Below are positions 36,987 through 47,000 of a DNA stretch of 64,000 bases, in pieces; the first letter of the stretch is position 1, and each line of letters starts with the position of its first letter. This DNA is from a phage. The notes below the pieces were generated by a model that saw nothing but the letters and a program-made list of their open reading frames with translations, did no database searches and had not been told where the DNA came from. Made by a program: the position numbers and the translations under genes. The DNA is taken from sequence record PZ347661.1; one strand, given 5' to 3'.

Positions 36987-37367
36987 ATGGCAACAGTAAG
37001 TAAAGAAGCAATCGAAGCTAAGATTAAGAGCATTTACTTTTTCAATGGTGCTGACGCAGTGAAGTCTGCATTCGTTGATCCATCTGCACTTCCAGCAGAT
37101 GATTTGGCTAACCTGGGTCTGACAACTCATTGCATTATCATCCTGGAAAATGGATTCAAAGTTGAAGGCGTATCCGCCTGCGTAGACCCGGCTATCTATG
37201 ATGAGCAAAAAGGTCGTCAGTATGCATATGAAAATGCATTCAATAAGATTTGGGAATTAGAAGGTTATCTGCTACGTCAGGCACTGCATGAGAAAGAAGA
37301 GACTGCTAAAGCTCTGGCTTCCTTTGCAGAAAACAATACCTGTGATGGTGGTGGTTGTACAATCTGA
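36987..37367 (+). CDS. hypothetical protein (126 aa)
   Basis: ATG with GAGG RBS. Confidence 0.5.
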   Translation: MATVSKEAIEAKIKSIYFFNGADAVKSAFVDPSALPADDLANLGLTTHCIIILENGFKVEGVSACVDPAIYDEQKGRQYAYENAFNKIWELEGYLLRQALHEKEETAKALASFAENNTCDGGGCTI

Positions 37368-37449
37368 TTCAAAGGTGTATGGTAGTTTTTACCGAAAGGT
37401 ACTGAACTACCCGACAAAGTAGTAAGGCTCAAGAAGCCAAAACAAAACA

Positions 37450-37472
37450 AGCCCTCCTAGCGAGGGCTTTAT
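37450..37472 (+). terminator. terminator-like hairpin
   Basis: AGCCCTC-CTAGC-GAGGGCT then TTATCATTT. Confidence 0.5.
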
Positions 37473-37486
37473 CATTTGAGGTAGTT

Positions 37487-37978
37487 ATGTCAGAAGAAAT
37501 TAAAGTCCATTTCACCAATTATATCGGAACCAAGTGTGTAAATGGTTTCCCGATGAACAAAGAAACATACTGCAAACTTCGTGGCTGGAATGTACCTGCT
37601 AAAGAAGACCCACTAGAAGAAGGTTATTTAGTCGAGTACCCAGACTCTAAGTCCAACCATCCTCAGTTCCGTGGCTATATTAGCTGGTCACCTAAAGCTG
37701 CATTCGAAGCTGCATACCATGACGTAGAAAAAGGTTGTACCTTTGGTCATACAGTAGAGCTTCTCAAATCAGGCTTCAGAATGACCCGTAAAGGTTGGAA
37801 CGGAAAAGGAATGTATATCACCTTAGTATCTGGTGAAAATTGGGCCATGGATAAACATGAAAATACCGTTTGTGAGAAACGGGATTGGCTGGGTATTAAA
37901 ACCGTTGATAACCAGTTTATGCCATGGGTTCCATCTCAATCAGATGTATTAGCAGAAGATTGGGTGTTAGCTCAGTAA
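37487..37978 (+). CDS. hypothetical protein (163 aa)
   Basis: ORF with GAGG RBS; last + strand gene before the strand switch. Confidence 0.55.
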   Translation: MSEEIKVHFTNYIGTKCVNGFPMNKETYCKLRGWNVPAKEDPLEEGYLVEYPDSKSNHPQFRGYISWSPKAAFEAAYHDVEKGCTFGHTVELLKSGFRMTRKGWNGKGMYITLVSGENWAMDKHENTVCEKRDWLGIKTVDNQFMPWVPSQSDVLAEDWVLAQ

Positions 37979-37984
37979 AAAGAT

Positions 37985-38009
37985 AAGCCCCTCATTAGAG
38001 GGGCTTTTT
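37985..38009. terminator. terminator hairpin between convergent + and - strand gene blocks
   Basis: AAGCCCCTC-ATTA-GAGGGGCTT with TTTTC on the + strand; sits between the stop at 37978 (+) and the stop at 38013 (-). Confidence 0.6.
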
Positions 38010-38012
38010 CAT

Positions 38013-41000
38013 TTAGTTAGTGAGGTTGAGCCAAGGGTTCAGGTTATGAGCACGTAAGCCTTGACCGAAACCGAAGGAGTAACCAAGGTTGCCTTGTGCA
38101 GCAATGCTAAAGATGTTGTCCTGAATAGGCAGGCCAACGTTACCAAACATAGTAGGAGTTGGAGCCAGCATAGCCATAGCAGCATGTACAGGGTTGTTAC
38201 GAATCATGGACACTGCAACTTTTGCGGAACGAATCTTAAAGTTGTAGAACCACATAAGACCAACGCTTTCCATATAACCACGGAAGCGTCCTGGCAAACG
38301 GTCATAGTTAATGAACTCTTCCGTCACACGTCCAAGTGCTTCTTCACGGGTTTTACCTTTACGCTTAGTCAGTTCATCATAGATGATCGCTTTAGCAATA
38401 AAGTCAGAGTACTCAACCGTCTTCTGGATACCCTGGAAGAGAGCAGTATCCTTAGTGATAAGTGCATAACGACCTGCATTGCGTACAGACTTAGGCAGCT
38501 TATCAGCCAGCTTATCCATGTATTCGTGGAGTTTGCCCTCAGTAATCAGGATGTCATCACGTCCAATACCAGCATCTGCAATTGAGGAGAACTCACCTGC
38601 TTCTAGCAGAGGCCAGATACTCAAACGCTTATGACTATCCGTGATGGACTGAATCTCAGCTTTCAACTTACGAATCTGGTTCGGGTTAGTAGCTGCACGT
38701 AATTCTGCTTCTGCATCTACCTGACGTAAACGAGATTTCAGATACTGGTTAATCTCAGCAGTCTTCTGTGGAATGCTCTTAGCAATGTTCTTAACGGGTA
38801 CACCACGAGCAACCATCTGATAAAGGTTAGCCAGGAAGTTAACAGCAGGTACGACTACTGACTTAACTACAATCAGAGTCTTAGCTTCTTTAACTAAGTT
38901 TTGAACCAGGTTCTCACCACCCATTACATACTTGTAGGCACGGTTGCCGAATACACCCAACATAGCCTTCTTGAAGGTATCCAGCGTTTCTGGGGACCAA
39001 CGAGAATTACCAGACCAGGCATCACCAACGGAAGCTGCACGATAACCAAGAGCATCATTAAGCATGTCACGACGTACCCACAGCTCACCTGGGCCAAACA
39101 GACTTTCTGCTTTCTGACGTGTTTCACTGTTCATCAGTTTAAGAGCATCGGCAGTTACTGGGTCCAGTTTAGAACCAAGAAGGTTAACGTACTGAGACTT
39201 ATTAGAAGCAGACATCTTAATGTCGTTCTCATACATGCTATACAGATTCTCAATTAGCATATCGTTGAAACGCTGGGCCTTGGCCTCTTCTACCTGACGA
39301 CCACGCCATACACCAATTGCACGAGCAAGATGGTTCTCACCCTCAATGTGCTTCAGCATGTTAGGGTCAATGGATTGCTCATAAGCAACCACATTACCAT
39401 TGGCATCATATACAGGCAGAAGTGGTTCATTACCTCGTTCACCACGAGCCAGTGCTTTGGTGATACGGTCCACGGAAGGCTTGTCAGTAATACGACCTGC
39501 TACCATGGTTCCCATCGTAAAGCCTGTACCAAGGTCTACACCACCAGCAGTATTACGAACGTTCTGTAAGATACCCTGTGAGAATGGAGCCTGTGACTGT
39601 ACTGGTGCAAAGTAGTAGCTACGTGCTGGACCACGATTAGCAGAGCTACCCTGATAAGTACCCAGACGTACATAAGACTTCTCAATCAAATCAGCAAATT
39701 GATTATCTTCAGCAACAATCAGGTTAACACCTTGTTTGTTCTCACCAGGGATATACCCTTTGTACTGGTTCAAGGTTGCACGCGAATCAGACTTGGCTTT
39801 AGCCATTTCATCCTTACGTTGACCAACCAGGTAAGAAGTAGCAAAGTCCATACCTTCAATTTCTGTCTGAGCCAGTAAAGATAACATCTCACGGTCAGAT
39901 TTATTCATTGCTTCCAGTGCATACAGGGTAATGAGTTTATCCAGTTGAGCTACATCAACAACAGAGCGTGTAGTCTTACGCTCACCCAGCAAGCGTGAAA
40001 TTGCAGTAGCATTACGCAACAAGTTATTTCCGACTGTACCATTAATCATGTACTGAGCCAGTTGCTTAGATTTACGGCTAATCAGATGCCAGTTACGTCC
40101 TGCTTGTTTCTGCAAATCTGCTTCCAGTTTATTAACCTCACGGTCAACAATCTTCTGGTCAGACAACAGGTCACGAATTTCAGCCAGAGACATAGTGTCA
40201 CGCAGGACAGCTAAGTCAGTTTTACCCATACCGGTATGCATTGCTTTCCACTCAACATTAGTCAGCTTACGGCTGAACTTAGATGCGATAGTGGTAGGCA
40301 GGTGTTCACGGAACTGTTGACGGTCAGCCTGTACCTGTGCACGTACTGCTTTAATCAAATCATATACAGAAGCATTACTCTTAGTACGACCGATTATGTC
40401 ATTAACCAGGTCATGGAACGGTTGCCATACTTTACCCTGGTTCATTGCAGCCATAACACCTTCAGCTACGATTGAACCATTCTTCTCTGTAGCAATAGCA
40501 GCTACCAGTTGTGCAGCATGAGCAGCACCTTTAACCAATGGGTTCTTGGTATTAGCTGCAACTTCACGAGCACCTTCCAAAGCACGGGTAGACAGTACAT
40601 CAATAGAATCCACCAGATACTGGTTAGCACGGTCAATAGCATTACCGGTAGGAGTAGCAACGGAATCATAGAAGGACTCTGCATTAAGACTGGTCTGCAT
40701 AATTGTCTGAGCTAGTGCATCCATACCTTCTTGTACGTTAGTGGCTTTAGTATCGCCTGCTACACGGGCATTCAGACTAGCCATTGCAGCAGTACCGATG
40801 TTAGTCAGCATTGCATCAACAGTATTGCCTGACTTCTTATCTGCTTTCATAACAGGAATATCAGCCAGTACTTTACGTACCTCTTCACTTACCATTGCCA
40901 GACCAACAAAGGTAGGCAGCAAGGAAGAACGACCCTGTGCATCAAACTCAATGTTGTTAGCACCCATGATGGTATCGAACTTCTGCTGTGCATAGTAACG

Positions 41001-44000
41001 GTCAGCAGGGTTAGTACTATCTGGGTCAGCCATGAACGATTCAACAGTTAGGTTCTTAGTAACGTGTGTGTAGTATTCCTGTGCACGAGCCATGGCAGCT
41101 GGGTTAATAGCAGCCTCGGTAGCCAGTGCAGCAACAATGTTAGTGAAGAGACGCTGTTCCTGCATATTCATGGTGAAGCCATGAGCCTGAACATCACGAG
41201 TTACTTTAGTTGCATTCACTACTGCATCAGAGAACTTACCTTTACGAATTACTTGCTGTACTGGTTCTGAACCAATGTAGTCAGTAATCAGTTTATCGAA
41301 GGTTTTTCCTAACTCTTCCAGACGAGTATTGTTACCGTATGCTTTGTTATGGAACAGGGTAGTGTCCTTAGCTACAGCAGCAGTAGGAGCCTGTCCACGC
41401 ATAACTACAGCAGAGTTAAACAGTAAGCCAGAGAACATATCATCTGCATTAGACGGAGCTTTCTTACGTCCAAATACCAGGCGTTTGATTGCTTCATATA
41501 CAGCCTGAGCCATAGCTTTAAGTGCAGTGGTTTTCTTCTGCTTACCAATCAGTTCACGGTTAGTTAAGCCCCAAGCCATGTACTCATTCAATGCAGCAGC
41601 TTTAGCCATTGCTGGTTCAATGAAGCCATTGGACAAGTGACCATTAATGGTATTCAGTGCATCAGCATATGCTTCACGTACTACCGGAGATTCATCCTTA
41701 ACATCCAGAGTACGGAATTGGTTCATCAGGTCTTCAATATTCTGGACAGCTTCATTAGGAGTACCCTCATAGTGAGCCAGTACAGATTCAAAAGTAGAGG
41801 CATGTACTAATTCATGAACCAGAGTCTCTAAGGAAGGGGTAACTAAGTAGATGGTCTTATCTTCAAAGTTAGTCCAGCCATATGCATTACCAGCTTCAGC
41901 AGCTTCAATATCTTCCGGTGCAGGGCGAGTAATATTCTTCTCAATAGCGTAGGCATCCAGTTGAGAAGGTGTACCGTAAACAACCTTATAGTCTTTAGCA
42001 GCAAGAGATTTCTGTATTTCTTTCAATACTGCTTGCTGTTCAGGAGACATCTCTTTAGCCAGCTTAGTGATAGCAGTATTAGACAGCAGACGTACACCAG
42101 ACTTCAGTACACGACCTACCTTCTCCATAGCTGGTACAACTTTCACCGGCACTTCCTTCACTGGTTCTGCCTTCGTTGGTTCCGCTTTAGCAGCACGTAC
42201 TGCTTCACGACGCTTGTTTAGTTCAGCATCAAACAGCTCGTTCAGCTTAGCTACTTGCTGGTCTACAGTCAGACCTTCCAGAGAGATTTTACCGTTGTTC
42301 ACATAAGGAGCACCTACAGCAGCCATCTGGTCAACAGTGACCTGTACCTGGTCCATTACCTTGTGACGAATATCTACACCCAAAGCAATGTTACGCAGGT
42401 TACGCTCAATCAGTGCAATACCAGAATCTCTAATCATAGAAATTTTATAATCTCTATCACCATCTACTCTGGCAATATGAGCACGTTGCTCAAAGTCTAA
42501 AGCAGACTTTGCAATAGCATCTATTGCTGAATCGGACAGCTTATTTAAATCAACATTCTTAACAAACTTAGAGAAAGACTCATATACATTCTTGATAGGG
42601 TTACCCTGCCAGGAAGTATATACAGCCTCATTAGCTTTACGGCTTGCATCAGTAATGTCATTAATACCAATGTTCATACCATCAAAGATTTTCAGGGTAT
42701 TCTTCGGAGCACCTTTCATAGTAGAAAGAGTCTGCATCATCATGCCATCACCAGTACCGATGGTCATAAATGGAATACCTGCAACACCTGCTTGCGAAGG
42801 AGCATAGATGCTCATTGGCACACGCATACGGTCATCTAAGTTGGTGGCCAGTACTTGGTTAGCAACATCAGTGTTTTCACTACCAGCAATGTAGAAAGTC
42901 TGTGAGCCAGTCTTAATCATTGGAGCCAGTGGTGCTAAGCTATTCTGGATTTCATTCAGTTCTTTCTGTGTTAAGAAATCGCCTTTTTTCCATGTTGGGT
43001 CTTTTTCTTTTTCTGCCAGCTTAGCCTGTACTGCCTGTTGGAACATATCCTGCAATACCAGAGATTGTATCTGAGTAGCCTTCTGCAAGTTCTCAGTAGA
43101 GTGCATCAACCCTTCACCAACAGTAAATCGGATACCTTGTCTCATTGGCTCAACAAAGAAATGCAGCATATTCTCTTGTAAGTTCTTCAGAGCATCCCCG
43201 GATACGGTAAACTCCTGAGGATTTAACTCACCAGTCAGAACACCATCTACTTCCTTAATAAATAACCTACCTTTGCGTTTGGCTGGAATCTTGCCAGTCA
43301 ATGCTTCCATAGAAGTAAGGAAGGTATCCAGCATAGCCTGAGCATCAGCTTCAGAAGCAGCCTCCTTACCAAACATCGCCATAGCTGGGGAAATGCTAGG
43401 GTCAGCAGCACGGGCTTTTAGAACGTCGCTTAAGCGTTCATAGATGGCGTCAGTAATTGCACTTACCATCTTGCCTGCAATACCGCGAGCACCAGAACCA
43501 TAAATGGTAATAGTCAGTGGGTTTTTAGCGATACCACGCTTCAGGTCCAGAGTACCATCTTCATTAAGATTGAAGTCTTTGATGAACAGGTCCATTAACT
43601 TCTGGAGATGGTCCATCTGATTTATAATAGGAATATTTTTGCTGTAAGTATTGCGTAGTTCATTCAGATGGAATTGCAGACTATTGGTAGATGCTTCATA
43701 CAGGTCAACATTATCATCCTGAGTATGATGCTCATTCATAGTCTTACCGGCTTTACCGAAGAACAAACCACCTTTAGCAGTATTCTTAATCCAGTTTGGG
43801 GTGAACTTACCACCAGTCATTAATACCATTGCGTTGATTGGCCCGTTGGTTACACCATCGGCTTCAACGTACAGTGGGGTATTAAAGTTGGCTCGGTCAT
43901 CACTGTTAAGGTAACGGGCATATTCCATAAGAGCCATGAGAGCTACAAATGATTTATCATTACCCAGAGATGTTCTCAGGATATCCACTGCGTCAGCAGG

Positions 44001-47000
44001 CAAGTATCCAGACTTATCAAACTCAACCATCATATCTACAGCAGGCTTCAGTTTACCTTCCAGAGCCTTGGTAAGTTCTTCTGACATAGTTTCACGAGTC
44101 ATTTTATGAACTTTGATACCCAATGCCTGAGCCAGACCTAACTGGAAGCCAGAGAAGTCTTCATTGTTTTGGTTCGATAAATCCAGAGTAGCTTTAGTAG
44201 GTAAGATAGCCTCACGAACCAGCTTAGCTGATTGAGGATTGTATTTGCCCAACATCTGCATACGACCAACACGGGTCATATTGTAAGCATAGTGAATAGG
44301 TACAGAAGAAATGTCTTCACTCTGTGCTCTCACCTGTTCAATAACAGAGAACAGTTGGTTGTAAGAATCTTCTACAGAACGATTCTTACCTTCCAGAGAT
44401 TTAGCATGGTTCTTATTAAGTAAATCCTTATCCAGAGTACCTGCACCCATCAGTTCAAGGATACGGTCTTTACCTAATGCTTCATAGAACTGAACCATTG
44501 GAGTATGTACAAAGAACTCAGTAGCCTGTTCTGCTTTAAGAGCAGCTTTCTGTTCTGGAGTATTACGGACAGCAGGGTTACGTAACTGAGTAGGAGCCAC
44601 TGAAGGAATATCATCACCCAGGTACAATTTCTCTTCTGGTTCTACGAGGACAGCTTCCTCGATAGCAGTAGGGAATTTGTTAATGGCATCGTTATCATCC
44701 AGTTTCTCAATGGTATACAGACCAATAGTCTTATTAGATTCTGGGTCAATTTCAGACACATCAAGCATAGACTCTTTAACTTCACCCATCTCAATGAGAG
44801 AAGACAGAATCTCTGTAGCCATTGCCATTGGAATACCTTTGGTATAACCCAATGGTGCATCAGCATTACGATTAAGTCCCCAATAAGATTCAATCTTTTG
44901 AGCCAGTGAGTTAGTAGCTTCTACTAAGGTTTGTGCATTCTCAAATTCTGCGAGGATGCCCTCTGGTAACAAGGAAGCATTTACACCAGTAATTGCAGCC
45001 ACATCCTGCATGTCTTTAATAGCAGCATTCTGTGTAGCAGTAAGTCGCCATTGCAGACCAGCAAGTACAGCAGTCTCTAATAACTGGTCATTGAACTTAA
45101 AGGTATCACCATCTTTCTCTACGATGTTAAGCAGTTTGCCACCTACCCAACGGTTAGCCTCAGTACCCTCTGCAAAACGTTTACCAACATTCTTGTTAGC
45201 AAGGAACTTAGCCAGACGATCAGACAGAGTAGTCTTCAGAGTTTCACCAAAATCAAATAAGTCCTGGTAACGCTTAATCACATCACTTGTGAGAGCGTTA
45301 TTTTCTCTTTGAGTGAATGCTTCAAAACGAGCAGCAGAAGACAATGCTTTCTTAACATCAGTCAAAGGAGATTCAGAACCAATGGTACGAGACTTAGGTT
45401 CTTCTGGAAGAGAAAATGCTTTAAGGAACTGGTTCGGTGTCTTGTCGTTGTTATAGACAGGGAACACTGTTTCTATTCCCGATAGAGGTTTACCGCCAAC
45501 GGTATAGTCTGCTTTCAGTTGAGCCAGTGATACTTCTTCCTTCTCGACGTTATTGGTATTAAGCCCAGATGTATCTACACCAATCTGAATCAGTGCATTG
45601 TTTGCTTCTACGAATGATTGAACAGTATTAAATTGTTCCGGGGTCAGCTTCTGGTTATCAAACAGTTGCAAAGATACAAATGGTTGTTCACTACCTTTGT
45701 AGAAGGTAGAGCGAATAGCACCAGTATCTAAAGACATATCACGATAACCATCATGACCAAATACATCAGACAGACTGATATGGTCACCATTAGAACCAAC
45801 AACAGTACCATCAGCAAAGAGCCATGGACTTTCCCTACGGTCACCATACTTATTAAGAGTATCTTGTGAAATAGTATTCTCTTTCACATAAGAATCTCTT
45901 TCAGATTCAGTAGGCTGTTCAACGGTATCCTGTTTTTCAGACTGGTTCTCAGGTTCTTTTACAGTCTGTGGTTTAGACTCTTTATTAGTAGGTTCTGTTT
46001 TAACAGCTTCACTAACAGAGGGTTTAGTCTGTACAGTAGGGGTAACTGGTTCCTGTTTCGTAACAGGAGTTTCATCAACCTGATTCACTGGTTCATTGGT
46101 CTGTTGGGATTGAGCAGCATCAAGATTGCCCTGACGGAACTCTTTAACTACCTGGGCAGCAGGCTTGTCCAGACGTGAATCCAATGGGGTAACTTTCACA
46201 TGAGAAACATTAAGCTCCGGGTAAGCCGTAGCAAGTGCGTTAGCAATATCAGCTACGGTCTTGGCTTCCAGTCCTACTTGCTGGGCAAACTTAACAGACT
46301 TGGTATCATACGGATTGACACCGAGGCCAGTACGACTACGTACCCATTCACGCGAGGGAGTAAGAGCCTGATAATGGACAGACTTATTCTTATCCGCATT
46401 CCCAGAAATCAGATGCTCATTCAACGCTCCGACCTTATTCTGCATGTGCTGGGCGAACTTCATAAAGTCGTCGAGATAAGCGGAAGCCAAATCGAAGTTA
46501 CCAGAGTTGTACGCAGAACGAATGCGTTTAGCATGTTGCAACGCAGAGTACTGGCCTTCATTAGAACGAGATTCGTCGGTTTTAATTTGTTTACTAACAA
46601 TGTCTTGAGGACGTAAGCCTAGTTCTTCTGCTTTAGCGTCAAATTCTCGTGCTCCTTGCAATAGAGCAGCAGCAGATTGCAGGGCAGCACGCTGACGATT
46701 CCCCAGTGTAATCTTACCTTCACTCGCATGTTTCAGAACCATGTTCACTGAATCTGCATCCAGTACTTCTGGAGACACATCAGCAGCCATAGCAATATTG
46801 TTTGCCTGGGCTTGGTTAGCTTCTTCAGTAGCTTTCAGTTTACCTGCTTCAGCCTGTTCCTGAATCATGGAATGAATGGCACGGAATGCACGGAGTACTT
46901 TCGGTGTATTCTGAACATTAGCCATCAGGCCGGAGAACTGGTCAACGATATTAGCAGCAGGAGAACCCTGTTCCAGATTAGCTAATGCACCTGGGTCACG

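Noticed and set aside
36818-37003. 61-aa ORF starting with TTG inside the terminator tail at 36818
   Set aside because: The start codon lies within the T tract of a strong terminator, there is no RBS, and it overlaps the better-supported gene starting at 36987.
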